This document shows positions 18,901-29,020 of a stretch of 62,738 bases of DNA, piece by piece. Both the position numbers and the translations under genes were made by a program. Positions within the stretch are counted from its first letter, which is position 1, and every line of letters begins with the position of its first letter. This stretch comes from an uncultured Rhodospirillaceae bacterium (GTDB taxonomy: Bacteria; Pseudomonadota; Alphaproteobacteria; JAEUKQ01), in the NCBI GenBank assembly GCA_964414755.1, contig CAYPXH010000005.1:1-62738 (forward strand), read 5' to 3'. Below the pieces are notes generated by a model, which was given only the letters and a program-made list of their open reading frames with translations, did no database searches and was not told the DNA's origin.

Positions 18901-19371
18901 TTAAGCAGCTTTATCTTCAAGTCTTGCTTGGTCTTTGACTGTTGGTGACGAAACGTTAATTTTAATTATACGTGGTTTTGCCGAATCGGGTATACGCCTG
19001 ACCAATTCAATATGAAGCAATCCATCATTAATGCGGGCATTCTCGACATAAATATGGTCAGCTAATTCAAAGCGCCTTTCAAAAGAACGACCTGCAATAC
19101 CACGATATAGATATTGTTTTGGCTCCTCGGTTTTTTGAAGTTTTCCAACCACAATTAAAGAATTTTCTTTAACTGTGATTTGAACATCATTTTCAGAAAA
19201 ACCGGCTATTGCCATAGTAATTCGATAATGATCTTCATCTAACCTTTCAATATTATAGGGTGGGTAAGAAAACCCACCATCATCGACACGAGTCATATTT
19301 TCAAGCAGCTGAGAAAAACGGTCAAATCCAACAGTTGAACGAAAAAGTGGTGTTAAATCAAAATTATTCAT
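18901..19371 (-). CDS. Small heat-shock protein (Hsp20/alpha-crystallin, IbpA-like)
   Basis: Start moved to ATG 19371 (MNNFDLTPLFRSTVGFDRF, IbpA-like N-terminus) with SD GGAGGA upstream. Alpha-crystallin core YRITMAIAGF...V....L.V is present. The ORF-track extension to 19428 runs into the leader. Confidence 0.9.
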   Translation of the reverse strand: MNNFDLTPLFRSTVGFDRFSQLLENMTRVDDGGFSYPPYNIERLDEDHYRITMAIAGFSENDVQITVKENSLIVVGKLQKTEEPKQYLYRGIAGRSFERRFELADHIYVENARINDGLLHIELVRRIPDSAKPRIIKINVSSPTVKDQARLEDKAA

Positions 19372-19494
19372 GCCATATCCTCCAATGAGCAACATGGAAC
19401 AATTACTTGTACACATTATGTCGTACATCTAATTGCCAGTAGGTTAATAATCAAAGCGGCTTTCTTAAGCACACTTGCGTGTTGTTATCAACAC
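19372..19494 (-). promoter_or_regulatory. ROSE-like RNA thermometer (5' UTR of hsp20)
   Basis: UTR starts with hairpin GUGUUG-AUAA-CAACAC. It ends with 5'-CCAUGUU(G)CUC-AUUG-GAGGAUAUGG-3' (19397..19373), which pairs the SD through A-U and G.U pairs with one bulged G, 1 nt before the AUG. The UUGCUC..UUGGAGGAU signature resembles ROSE elements. Confidence 0.6.
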
Positions 19495-19500
19495 AAAACA

Positions 19501-19530
19501 GATATGGGAACTATGTTATTAGATTTCAAG
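19501..19530 (-). promoter_or_regulatory. RpoH (sigma-32)-type heat-shock promoter of hsp20
   Basis: Minus strand reads CTTGAAA (19530..19524), 15 nt, then CCCATATC (19508..19501). Confidence 0.65.
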
Positions 19531-19534
19531 ACAT

Positions 19535-19560
19535 AAAAAAACCCTGCGATCGCAGGGTTT
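19535..19560 (-). terminator. Rho-independent terminator of rpmE
   Basis: AAACCCTG-CGATCG-CAGGGTTT, followed on the minus strand by TTTTTTTATG. Confidence 0.7.
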
Positions 19561-19602
19561 TAAAAAATAAGATGTATAAAATATCTGAGTCTATGGTGTC
19601 TA

Positions 19603-19827
19603 CTACTTTTTCAAGCCAAGTCCTTGGAATTTTTTATTGAACTTTGCTAATTGACCGCCGCTGTCAACCAAGCGGTGAATACCCGTCCAAGCTGGATGAG
19701 ATTTGGGATCAATCTCAAGGCGCATTGTATCACCAGCCTTACCCCAAGTCGAGTTTGTTTTAAAACTTTTGCCGTCCGTGGTGATCACCGTAATTTCATG
19801 GTAATCTGGATGTATATCCTTTTTCAT
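19603..19827 (-). CDS. rpmE: 50S ribosomal protein L31
   Basis: Start moved to ATG 19827 ([14 protein letters not shown]...) with AAGGA 7 nt upstream. 74 aa with no CxxC motif. Confidence 0.9.
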   Translation of the reverse strand: MKKDIHPDYHEITVITTDGKSFKTNSTWGKAGDTMRLEIDPKSHPAWTGIHRLVDSGGQLAKFNKKFQGLGLKK

Positions 19828-19950
19828 AACTTTATCCTTAAAACTAAAATCCGCATAAATGAGCATAAAATGACCAGACAATAAAACGATTTCTGCCAAG
19901 AAAGTCAACCACTTTTCACAAAGCAGAAAATATACACGATATTCCAGGTA

Positions 19951-20421
19951 TTAACGTTTTGATAGACGAAATTTACTGTGACATGTGCCGCAACCAACAC
20001 GCATCATATTGCCAAACTGCTGTTGTGCGGATAGGGTATCGCCCGCTTTCAGAAACAATACAACTTTATTCATTTCGGTTATCAGCACATCTGTTGCCGC
20101 ATTAAAATCGTTCGAGTTTTTCCAAATTTCTGGGCTTGCTGCATTAGAAAATGGCGGGTTTCCAGAACCTTCTGGGAAAAGACTTGGAAGTTTTTTGGCT
20201 AAATTAATAAGGTTTTCTAGATTGACAATAGCATCAGCAGGGTCACTGGATATTAATTCGTTAAGCTGACGACCTGCTGAGGCAAAATTTTTCATTATTT
20301 GTTGACGTTCTTTAATAATATCATCTACAAGTCTTGGGCTTGTTGCCTGGGTTGATAGGACGCAGGTACAAATAATTGCTACAGTACCAACAACTGCGCC
20401 TATTTTTTTGAATATATACAT
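19951..20421 (-). CDS. Class II cytochrome c (cytochrome c'/c-556 family), periplasmic
   Basis: 156 aa with an N-terminal signal peptide and a single C-terminal heme motif CGTCHSKF, typical of four-helix-bundle class II cytochromes c. Confidence 0.75.
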   Translation of the reverse strand: MYIFKKIGAVVGTVAIICTCVLSTQATSPRLVDDIIKERQQIMKNFASAGRQLNELISSDPADAIVNLENLINLAKKLPSLFPEGSGNPPFSNAASPEIWKNSNDFNAATDVLITEMNKVVLFLKAGDTLSAQQQFGNMMRVGCGTCHSKFRLSKR

Positions 20422-20604
20422 TGATATCCATCCCGTTCTTAATATTGATTAAATTATACTTTAATAAATTGTTGATTATATGATATCCTATAAGCGGTAA
20501 TAATGCCAAATTTATTTTGACATAACAAGGCTGATTATTAAATGCTTTGTCTAAGGTCATTACAAATTAAGAAATAAATTTCTAATCAACTTTTATGGTG
20601 TCAT

Positions 20605-21102
20605 GTGGTGTTAGCTAGGTTTAATTCATTAAACTTCTTGAAGCCTTTATATGTACCTTTTTTTATGGTTTTTGCTTTAACAAGAACAGTTTGTGGACAA
20701 GGGGTAACATTCCCTTTTGAAACGATCATGATTGCACAGCAAACTGGAAAACAGCTGTCACTTAGGGTTGAGGTTGCAACAACACCGCAACAGCAGCAAC
20801 AAGGCCTAATGTTCCGTCCATCAATGCCGCATGATCAGGGTATGATTTTTTTCTTCAATCAGCCTAAAATTGTGTCCATGTGGATGCGTAATACTTATAT
20901 ACCGCTTGATATGTTGTTTATAGATAAACAAGGATTGATTATCGCAATCCAAACGCGGGTTATTCCCCAATCTGATAACTTAATAGTATCACCCAAACCG
21001 GCAGCCGCAGTGCTTGAGATTAATGGTGGTGCCAGCGATAAGTTTGGTATTCAGGTTGGTGATCGGGTATTACACCCATTTTTTACCACTGCAAAACCAT
21101 AA
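20605..21102 (+). CDS. DUF192-family protein (COG1430-like), probably exported
   Basis: Blocks L.VEVATTPQQQQQGLMFR, GMIFFF, MWMRNTYIPLDMLFID and VLEINGG. Start is uncertain: GTG 20605, or the ATG about 20 codons downstream. Confidence 0.7.
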   Translation: MVLARFNSLNFLKPLYVPFFMVFALTRTVCGQGVTFPFETIMIAQQTGKQLSLRVEVATTPQQQQQGLMFRPSMPHDQGMIFFFNQPKIVSMWMRNTYIPLDMLFIDKQGLIIAIQTRVIPQSDNLIVSPKPAAAVLEINGGASDKFGIQVGDRVLHPFFTTAKP

Positions 21103-21213
21103 GCTTTCGTAGTATTAGTTTAAAAATAGACACTTTTATATGCACAAAAATATGTAAGATAGTCACTTGCATTAAAAGTAATCTTAGGCAATCTAAATGG
21201 CAAAAAGCTAGAA

Positions 21214-22191
21214 TTAGATGTTGAAAGACTTCATTAGTATTTTAGGGTCAATATTTCCACCGCTTAGTATAACTAAAACATGTTGCCCAAAGAAAAGATT
21301 GGTATGTCTCATTAATGCAGCTAGTCCGACAGCACCACCAGGTTCAACAATAATATTCAATTCTTCAGCTGCAAAATGAACGGCTTTTAAAACGTCTTCA
21401 TCACTGACGTTAATTGCTTTGACATTATATTTTTGAATAATTGGTAAAGTCACGCTACCAACTGTTGGCGTCATGATAGAATCACAAATAGTTTTTTCTT
21501 GCATGTCATTGGTATGTTGTCTGCCTGTTTCTAGCGTTTTTTCTAGATCATTATAATGTTCTGGTTCAACAGCATAGACTTTACTTTGTGGGAAAATGTG
21601 GCTCGCGGCAATCGCACACCCCGAAACCAAGCCACCACCACCACATGGAAGCAGAATAGATTGTATTCCAGTATTACCCATGGCCGATAACTGGTTAAAG
21701 GATTCGGGAATAATCGTTCCTTGACCAACAATAATGTCAGGATCATTAAAAGGGGGCACGACATGGCGGCCGGAATCTTTTGCCAAGCGTTCTACAACAG
21801 TTTCTCGGTTTTCCTGATAACGATTATAAAAGACAATCTCTGCTTTTTGTTTTTTAACCTTAGTTATTTTAGTCATCGGTGTGTCTTCTGGCATCACGAT
21901 AAGGGCACTTTTGCCCATCATCCGCGCAATCGTTGCGACAGCAACGGCATGGTTGCCCGATGAACCGGCAATAAAACCCGGAATATCAGGTGATGAAGCA
22001 AGCGCTTGAGTTATTTTATTAAAAGCCCCCCGAAACTTAAAAGATCCACCAATTTGAAGGTTTTCAGCTTTTAGAAAAACTTTGCCTTGAATCAAGTTAT
22101 GTAAGGCGTGGTGTGTAAGAATAGGGGTTAATGTTAGTTGATTTTTTATTTTCTGATAACATTCAACAATATTAATCGGCATTATATTCAT
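21214..22191 (-). CDS. PLP-dependent threonine/serine dehydratase (fold-type II, no ACT domain)
   Basis: 325 aa with PLP-Lys motif GGSFKFRGA, the SSGNHA block and a GGGGL loop. Overlaps the upstream hydrolase gene by 4 nt. Confidence 0.8.
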   Translation of the reverse strand: MNIMPINIVECYQKIKNQLTLTPILTHHALHNLIQGKVFLKAENLQIGGSFKFRGAFNKITQALASSPDIPGFIAGSSGNHAVAVATIARMMGKSALIVMPEDTPMTKITKVKKQKAEIVFYNRYQENRETVVERLAKDSGRHVVPPFNDPDIIVGQGTIIPESFNQLSAMGNTGIQSILLPCGGGGLVSGCAIAASHIFPQSKVYAVEPEHYNDLEKTLETGRQHTNDMQEKTICDSIMTPTVGSVTLPIIQKYNVKAINVSDEDVLKAVHFAAEELNIIVEPGGAVGLAALMRHTNLFFGQHVLVILSGGNIDPKILMKSFNI

Positions 22192-23057
22192 CGGAATTGT
22201 CCTATAAAATGGTGTAAGGCCTGAAGGCTTTCTGGCTCGCTTAAGGACGGTGTATGCCCAACACCAGGAATGGTGACCCCAGTGAATGATGAAAGGCTTT
22301 GAGCCATTTGTTGAAAAGTATCAGCTGACAGCACATCGGATAATGCGCCCCTTAACCCCAAAACTGGTTTGGGGTCAAAAGACTTAAACCTTTGCCAAAG
22401 ATCAGTTGGAAGTGGGCTGGCTTGCCTTAATGCTTGGGCAATATTGGTATCCCAATTATAATGAAAAAGGTTATCCTTACCAATTCTATAAGTTGCATGC
22501 GTAAATTGCATCTGCTGTTGTAATGGGCGGTTTTTAAGTAAGGGATAAAGTTGCAGCAACCATTCTAAACAATCTTCTATTGTTTTTTGGGGTTTATCAG
22601 TCTGTATATATTGTATGATGCGAGCAAAGCCATTACTGCTAACCGCAGGTCCAATATCGTTAAGCACGGCTCCTAGCAATTTATTCTCTAAAAACTGGTG
22701 AAGGCCAATTGCTAATAACCCACCCATTGACGTGCCAACAATCACAATACCCCGATTACTATAAGATTCTAGCAAAGTAAGTATGTCCTGTGCATACTTT
22801 TCCGCACGGTAATTTGTCCAGTTTGAATCATATTGCGAAAGGCCGCGCCCACGATAATCTGGGCAGATAAGATCAAAATCGTTCTGGTACTGCACAGCAA
22901 AATCGTGAAAATCCAAAGAATTACGGGTAAGACCACTAAGGCATAAGATCAAAGGGCGTTTTGTATGTTTATGTTCCTGGCTTGGATAAAAACGATAATA
23001 CAATTTTAACCCATCAGACGATAGGTAATATTTTTCATAAAATTGGTTGTTATTCAT
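22188..23057 (-). CDS. Alpha/beta-fold hydrolase
   Basis: 289 aa with nucleophile elbow GTSMGG, a C-terminal VGH motif and an oxyanion-region LSGLTRN. Confidence 0.75.
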   Translation of the reverse strand: MNNNQFYEKYYLSSDGLKLYYRFYPSQEHKHTKRPLILCLSGLTRNSLDFHDFAVQYQNDFDLICPDYRGRGLSQYDSNWTNYRAEKYAQDILTLLESYSNRGIVIVGTSMGGLLAIGLHQFLENKLLGAVLNDIGPAVSSNGFARIIQYIQTDKPQKTIEDCLEWLLQLYPLLKNRPLQQQMQFTHATYRIGKDNLFHYNWDTNIAQALRQASPLPTDLWQRFKSFDPKPVLGLRGALSDVLSADTFQQMAQSLSSFTGVTIPGVGHTPSLSEPESLQALHHFIGQFR

Positions 23058-23062
23058 TTATT

Positions 23063-25042
23063 TTATTTATGGTAGAGATGTTTGTGGGTTTCAATAAAAG
23101 CTTGTCCATAATTCAATTTATGACGATAAATTTCAGAAGATTCAAGAACTCGTTGAACATAATTTCGTGTTTCTGCAAAGGGGATACTTTCGATCCAAAA
23201 TATTGGGTCGATATTTGGTTTGCGTGGATCACCAAATTCTTCAATCCATTTTGTGACATTAGCTGGGCCGGCATTATAAGAAGCTATAGCTAAAATATAA
23301 GAATTATCCCAACGTTTTAATAAGTCATTAAAGTAGGCTTGACCAAGTTTTATGTTATAAGATGCTTCAAGCAATTTATTATATTGATAGGTAATGCCAA
23401 GTTTTTTAGCAGTTAATCGAGCTGTTGTAGGCAATAATTGCATAGCACCATGTGCCCCTTTATGACTAATGCTTGCCTGATAAAAACTGCTTTCTTGGCG
23501 AATGATTGCAAGCATTAGGGGTTTATTCTGGCTTTCAAGTAAATTATCAAAAGCAATTGGGTATAGATAGTCGGAAAATATATAACCGTTTGCATAAGCC
23601 AAGCGTGCAGCCAGTAGAACCAGGTCGGTACGACCTATCTCTTGCCCCAACATCATCATAAGTTTTAGCCGCAATAAATTATCTTGCTCACCGGCTAAGA
23701 GGTGACGGAAAAAGGGATCAACGGATTGTGTTTGACCAATCTTATGCAAAGCCCGAATAAGCTGAACAAGTTCAAGATTACTGAAAGCCTGCTGCTCATT
23801 GGCCGTCACATTTGGTTGTATGGTTGCTAAGTTTATTTGGCCAGGGTTGTTTTGTGTTTTAAGGAATGCTAATTGCCCGTAAAAGGTTGTTGAATATTGT
23901 GCAGCCAATTTATACCAGTTTTGTGCAACTTTTGGTTGATTGGCGGATTCGTAGGCACGACCACTCCAATAAGCAGCGCGCGAACGACTAATCGGCGAAG
24001 ATACGTTATTAAATAAGTTATTAAAATGTTTGGCTGCTATCAGGGGTTGATTATTAAACTGGTAAGAAACCCAGCCTAATAACCACTCGGTTTCCGCAAA
24101 TTGCAAACCACGATTACTCTCATGTGATTCAAGCAATCTATACGCCAAATCACCTTGTTCAGTTTTAATCAGATAATGTACAATAATTTGCACTTCATTC
24201 CAAACAACAGAATTGATGTGGATATCCATATTATTGGCAATAATCAATTCGGCCGCTTTTCTTGGATTGTCTATTTTTCGGTACCATTTCGCTTGTAAGA
24301 AAACAACTATCGGCAGCTTGGTAAAAACCGGCGGAAGACCTTTTATAAGGTTTTGTATTGATGATTTTTTAAGTCGTACAGCATCATAAAGACTAATAAC
24401 ATCTTGATAAGGCTTACTGACAAGGGGTTTAAGGTCGCTAATGGCATCCCAGTTGGTTGACCACAAAATTTCTTCAAGTCGTCTTTCGTGGTCTTCTGTT
24501 CTTAGAATTTTTTGAAAATTCTTAAGATATTCTTTCCGCTGATTTTTATTGCCGACCGATTTTTGCCAACCAGCCTGAACAATTTTATTAGCCATTACAG
24601 CATCGCCAGCATTACGCAGAATGATTGCGTAGCGGCTGAAAGATTGAAGCTGGGTTGGAGAATAGCTTTTAAACCATAACAACTGGCTTTGATTATCAAG
24701 GGTAGGTACTAATTGTATTTCTACTTTATCAATAATGCTCTGGCGTCCTGGCCACGCGGGGTTTTGACTTAAAAAATTTTGGGTTGTTGACAAGTTTATT
24801 GGTGCATCTTCATCGGTTAATAAATACCAAGTAAAGTATTTTTTTAATAAAGGATTTTGAAGTTGGATAGCTAGAGCCGTTGCCAGGTTATATTTTTTAC
24901 GTTCCAACAACGATACAAGTTGGGTTGATATTTTTTGGTCATTCGTACTGATGGACTGGGAATATGCGGCGGATATTTGTAATGCACTTATAAAATAAAC
25001 CGATAGTTGCAGGATCAAAAAATAGCGAAACAATCGTTGCAT
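23063..25042 (-). CDS. slt: Soluble lytic murein transglycosylase
   Basis: 659 aa with a signal peptide, a long superhelical N-terminal region, and a C-terminal SLT domain (IIRQESSFYQ, GAMQLLPTTA, AIASYNAGPANV). Confidence 0.85.
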   Translation of the reverse strand: MQRLFRYFLILQLSVYFISALQISAAYSQSISTNDQKISTQLVSLLERKKYNLATALAIQLQNPLLKKYFTWYLLTDEDAPINLSTTQNFLSQNPAWPGRQSIIDKVEIQLVPTLDNQSQLLWFKSYSPTQLQSFSRYAIILRNAGDAVMANKIVQAGWQKSVGNKNQRKEYLKNFQKILRTEDHERRLEEILWSTNWDAISDLKPLVSKPYQDVISLYDAVRLKKSSIQNLIKGLPPVFTKLPIVVFLQAKWYRKIDNPRKAAELIIANNMDIHINSVVWNEVQIIVHYLIKTEQGDLAYRLLESHESNRGLQFAETEWLLGWVSYQFNNQPLIAAKHFNNLFNNVSSPISRSRAAYWSGRAYESANQPKVAQNWYKLAAQYSTTFYGQLAFLKTQNNPGQINLATIQPNVTANEQQAFSNLELVQLIRALHKIGQTQSVDPFFRHLLAGEQDNLLRLKLMMMLGQEIGRTDLVLLAARLAYANGYIFSDYLYPIAFDNLLESQNKPLMLAIIRQESSFYQASISHKGAHGAMQLLPTTARLTAKKLGITYQYNKLLEASYNIKLGQAYFNDLLKRWDNSYILAIASYNAGPANVTKWIEEFGDPRKPNIDPIFWIESIPFAETRNYVQRVLESSEIYRHKLNYGQAFIETHKHLYHK

Positions 25043-25194
25043 GGTTGAAATATATTCGTTTCTGTTAATTAATAGTAAAAAAGCTTTTTAGTTTATTTTT
25101 GATCATATTTATTGTAGTCTGGATAACGATGCTCAATACATTCGATGTATCATTTATTTTAAAGCAATAAAACTTATTTCATCTAAAACAAAAA

Positions 25195-25668
25195 ATGACG
25201 AAAAATCAAGTAAATACCCAGCATATAGTAACTCAAAATCGCCGTGCTCGATATGATTATAGCATTGAAGAAACTTTTAATGCGGGTTTATCCCTTACTG
25301 GGAGTGAGGTCAAGTCATTACGTGCCGGCCGTGCAAGCCTAGTTGATGCATACGCCGATGATCGGAGTGGGGATTTTTACTTATGCAACAGTAATATTCC
25401 AGAATATGGACCTGCTGGCCGGTTTAATCATGAACCAAAACGCCCACGCAAATTATTACTTAAACGCAAGGAAATGAACTTCCTTATTGGTGCGATTAAC
25501 CAAAAAGGTAAAACAGTTGTTCCATTATCTATATACTTCAATGAACGTGGCTTGGCCAAAGTGCAGCTTGGTTTAGCAACTGGCAAGCGTCAAGTCGACA
25601 AACGTGAAGCAATCCAAAAACGAGACTGGCAACGTCAGAAAAATCGCTTACTAAGAAGCAGGGGTTAG
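25195..25668 (+). CDS. smpB: SsrA-binding protein
   Basis: 157 aa with NRRARYDY, GSEVKSLR and the KRPRKLLL block. Confidence 0.93.
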   Translation: MTKNQVNTQHIVTQNRRARYDYSIEETFNAGLSLTGSEVKSLRAGRASLVDAYADDRSGDFYLCNSNIPEYGPAGRFNHEPKRPRKLLLKRKEMNFLIGAINQKGKTVVPLSIYFNERGLAKVQLGLATGKRQVDKREAIQKRDWQRQKNRLLRSRG

Positions 25669-25684
25669 CGATAAAGGGTATAGT

Positions 25685-26206
25685 ATGCCGTTATCAAGAG
25701 AGATATATGTTGCCATTGGCTCTAACTTATCCAACCCAATGGGAAGCTCCATTTTAAATGTTCTAAAGGCTATTCAGCTGCTTAAATCAGATATCATAAA
25801 AGTTGTTGGTTGTTCCAATTTTTATGAAACAGTGGCACAGCCAAATTATTCTGATCCACCGTTCATTAATGCAGTTGTTGCTTTGGAAACCAATATAAAG
25901 CCAGAAGACTTATTGCACGTATTGTTAGCCATAGAAAGCAAGCTTGGTCGTGTACGCGGTGCTAAAAACGCCCCAAGAACAATAGATTTAGATTTACTTG
26001 CTTATGGACAGGAAGTGATCGTAAGCGATTTTTTGCATTTGCCGCACCCGAAAATTCCTGAACGTATTTTTGTTCTAAAACCTTGGCACGATCTAAATCC
26101 TGCTTGGGTTCATCCAGTTTTTCGACAAACTGTACAAAAAATGTTGAATTCTGTCGTTCCTCAATACGATTTAATAAAAAAAATTAGGCTGCCAGAAAAT
26201 AATTAA
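25685..26206 (+). CDS. folK: 2-amino-4-hydroxy-6-hydroxymethyldihydropteridine pyrophosphokinase
   Basis: 173 aa with the IGSNL, PRTIDLDLL and PHP blocks of HPPK. Confidence 0.85.
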   Translation: MPLSREIYVAIGSNLSNPMGSSILNVLKAIQLLKSDIIKVVGCSNFYETVAQPNYSDPPFINAVVALETNIKPEDLLHVLLAIESKLGRVRGAKNAPRTIDLDLLAYGQEVIVSDFLHLPHPKIPERIFVLKPWHDLNPAWVHPVFRQTVQKMLNSVVPQYDLIKKIRLPENN

Positions 26207-26311
26207 CGTGAATAAATTAAAATGTCTTGATTCGCTGCGGTTATTTTTGTTAAAATCACAGCCAACACTTAAGTTTCAATTCTTGGTTAATACCTAGCAA
26301 GGAAAAGGCTG

Positions 26312-26698
26312 ATGGCACGAGTTACAGTTGAAGATTGCATTCAAAAAGTATCTAATAGATTTGAATTGGTTATTTTATCGGCCCAACGTGCCAGGGATAT
26401 AGCGGCCGGTGAGAACATTGGCGTTGAACGTGATCGCGATAAAAATCCTGTTGTGGCGTTACGTGAAATTGCCGATACGAACATATCATTAGACGAACTT
26501 CGTGATAATGTTGTGAAGTCGTTAAACCGTCATGCATCAGGACAGGTTGTATCACACAAAAAGCCTGCACCTACCGCTGTTGCAGAACAAGATTTGTTAC
26601 AAGAATTAAATGAAGCACAATCAAGTATGCAGGATGAGGTATCTCAGGCGGTTATCGAAGGTAAATTTGAGGATGTCAAAATTACCGATGAGGAATAG
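26312..26698 (+). CDS. rpoZ: DNA-directed RNA polymerase subunit omega
   Basis: 128 aa with MARVTVEDC...[14 protein letters not shown]. Confidence 0.93.
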   Translation: MARVTVEDCIQKVSNRFELVILSAQRARDIAAGENIGVERDRDKNPVVALREIADTNISLDELRDNVVKSLNRHASGQVVSHKKPAPTAVAEQDLLQELNEAQSSMQDEVSQAVIEGKFEDVKITDEE

Positions 26699-26789
26699 TG
26701 CTAAGCTGGCTTCATTTTACGAGAGATAAATGAAACAGCCTTTTGCTTGATGTTTTTTTCTTTGCTTGGGGGCAGCAAGAAGGGATGAG

Positions 26790-28961
26790 ATGATTAGGCA
26801 ATATGAGCTGGTTGAACGTGTTAAGAGTTATGACCCAAATGCAGATGAAGATGCATTAAATAGGGCTTATGTTTTTTCAATGAAAGCCCACGGTGATCAA
26901 GCCCGTGCAAATGGTGATCCGTATTTTTCACATCCTCTAGAAGTTGCCAATATATTATCAGGCATGCGGCTTGACACAGCTTCGATCATTACGGGTCTTT
27001 TGCATGATACAGTTGAAGACACCAAAACAACTTTAAAAGAGGTTGAAGGACTTTTTGGTTCCGAAGTTGCCAGGCTTGTCAATGGTGTGACTAAACTATC
27101 TAAGTTAGAATTACAGTCCGATCGTACAAAATATGCTGAAAATTTTCGTAAATTAGTTCTTGCTACGTCAAATGACATCCGTGTTTTATTGGTAAAACTA
27201 GCCGACCGTTTGCATAACATGCAAACACTACATTTTATAAATGACCCACAAAAAAGGCAAAGAATAGCAAGGGAAACATTAGAAATTTATGCCCCATTAG
27301 CTGAACGGATGGGAATTCAATGGATTAAAGAAAGGCTTGAAGATTTATCGTTTGCAGAATTGTTTGCGGACACGCGGCAATCTATACTTGAAAGACTTGG
27401 GTCGTTTCAACAAAAAGATAATGATATTATTAGCCGTATATCAACACAATTAAAGGAAGCGCTTAAAAAACAAGGAATTGAAGCTACTGTAACTGGCCGC
27501 GAAAAAACACCATATTCGATTTGGCGCAAAATGCAGACGCGCAATGTTAGCTTTGACCAACTATCTGATATTATGGCTTTTCGCATTGTTGTTGATGATG
27601 TTCCACAGTGTTACCAAGCACTTGGCATTATGCACAATGTTTTTTTTATGGTTCCTGGGCGCTTTAAAGATTACATCAGTACGCCTAAGCCAAATGGTTA
27701 TCAATCACTACATACAGGTATTATTGGTCCCGAGCAGCAGCGGATCGAGATTCAGATTCGCACACAAAAAATGCACGATATTGCAGAGCATGGAGTTGCT
27801 GCTCATTGGGAATATAAGCAAGGTGCAGCTAAACAAGATGGCCGCCAATACCGGTGGTTGCGAGAGTTGCTTGATATTTTGGAAAATGCTTCAGACCCTG
27901 AAGAATTTTTAGAGCACACCAAACTCGAAATGTTTCAAGACCAGGTTTTCTGTTTTACGCCAAAGGGTGATTTATTTGCTCTGCCTAAGGGGGCAACTTC
28001 TATTGATTTTGCTTATGCGATTCACTCGGATATTGGTGATCATTGTGCACGTGCCAAGGTTAACGGTTCTTTAGTACCATTACGCACCCAATTACAAAAT
28101 GGTGATGTCGTTGAAATTATTACTTCCCGTACGCAAGCACCATCACCTGCTTGGGAGCGAATTGTTGTAACAGGCAAGGCAAGGTCTTGCATTAGGCGAT
28201 ATATTCGGACACAAAATTATGGTCAATTGCTTGAGGCAGGAAAACTAAGTTTTCAGAAATTTCTTAAGAATGAAAGTATCGATATCAATCAGTATGGGGG
28301 GCATGAAGGATTATTTAAAAGATTTAAATTTAACAATATGGACGACTTTTTTCTGGCTTTTGGTGAGAACAAAATTAACCATAAAGATGTTGTTGATTAT
28401 TTAAAAGAAACAAATACCCAGATTTTGTCTTCCAAATTAAACTTGGAACAAACCCAACCCTTCGTTGTAGATCGCGAGAAAAGTGAGCGAAAACCAGAGA
28501 AAATTCTCGATAAATCTGGTCCCATCAGTGGGTTAGTACCGGGAATGGCGTTTCATTTTGCTGGATGTTGTCATCCATTGCCTGGGGATAAAATCGTTGG
28601 TATTGTAAGGACGGGGCGCGGAATTACAATTCATACCAAAGAATGTGAGAATTTGACACAATTCCATGACCAACTTGATCGCTGGTTAGATGTTAGCTGG
28701 AATATACAAGGACAAAATCAAGGTAGTACTGGTCGGCTAAATGTGATGATGCTTAATAAACCAGGAGCCTTGGGTACCCTGGCTACAACAATAGGTAAGA
28801 CGGAAGCCAACATTAGCAATTTGAAAATTAAAAAGCGGTCGGATGATTTTTTTGAATTGCTGATTGATCTCGAAGTAAAAAGTTTAGATCATTTGATGAA
28901 TATCATAGCTTCTCTTAAGGCTTTGCCTATGGTCAGTTTAGTTGAGAGGGTAAAAAACTAG
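26790..28961 (+). CDS. spoT: Bifunctional (p)ppGpp synthetase/hydrolase (RSH)
   Basis: Start set at ATG 26790 (MIRQYELVERV), with AAGAAGGGA upstream. HD domain (HPLEVA, LHDTVED), synthetase block (YSIWRKM, YQSLHT), TGS and ACT-like C-terminus. The ORF-track TTG start at 26766 is also possible. Confidence 0.92.
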   Translation: MIRQYELVERVKSYDPNADEDALNRAYVFSMKAHGDQARANGDPYFSHPLEVANILSGMRLDTASIITGLLHDTVEDTKTTLKEVEGLFGSEVARLVNGVTKLSKLELQSDRTKYAENFRKLVLATSNDIRVLLVKLADRLHNMQTLHFINDPQKRQRIARETLEIYAPLAERMGIQWIKERLEDLSFAELFADTRQSILERLGSFQQKDNDIISRISTQLKEALKKQGIEATVTGREKTPYSIWRKMQTRNVSFDQLSDIMAFRIVVDDVPQCYQALGIMHNVFFMVPGRFKDYISTPKPNGYQSLHTGIIGPEQQRIEIQIRTQKMHDIAEHGVAAHWEYKQGAAKQDGRQYRWLRELLDILENASDPEEFLEHTKLEMFQDQVFCFTPKGDLFALPKGATSIDFAYAIHSDIGDHCARAKVNGSLVPLRTQLQNGDVVEIITSRTQAPSPAWERIVVTGKARSCIRRYIRTQNYGQLLEAGKLSFQKFLKNESIDINQYGGHEGLFKRFKFNNMDDFFLAFGENKINHKDVVDYLKETNTQILSSKLNLEQTQPFVVDREKSERKPEKILDKSGPISGLVPGMAFHFAGCCHPLPGDKIVGIVRTGRGITIHTKECENLTQFHDQLDRWLDVSWNIQGQNQGSTGRLNVMMLNKPGALGTLATTIGKTEANISNLKIKKRSDDFFELLIDLEVKSLDHLMNIIASLKALPMVSLVERVKN

Positions 28962-29020
28962 GTTTGTGATATTAATAGGATTATTGTTTTTAGCAGTTAG
29001 TAAAAATTGGTGAACAGCTT

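Noticed and set aside
11067-19557. Similar terminator stems CCCTGCGAT(A/C)(C/G)CAGGG at 11068..11084 and 19542..19557, considered as a REP/MITE-like repeat family.
   Set aside because: There are only two copies. The similarity is limited to a GC-rich stem of about 9 nt, and both sit exactly where ordinary intrinsic terminators are expected.
20446-20460. CtrA-box-like TTAA-N6-TTAA upstream of the cytochrome c gene, and a half-site at about 25068.
   Set aside because: The spacing is N6 rather than the canonical N7. TTAA words are very frequent in AT-rich spacers.
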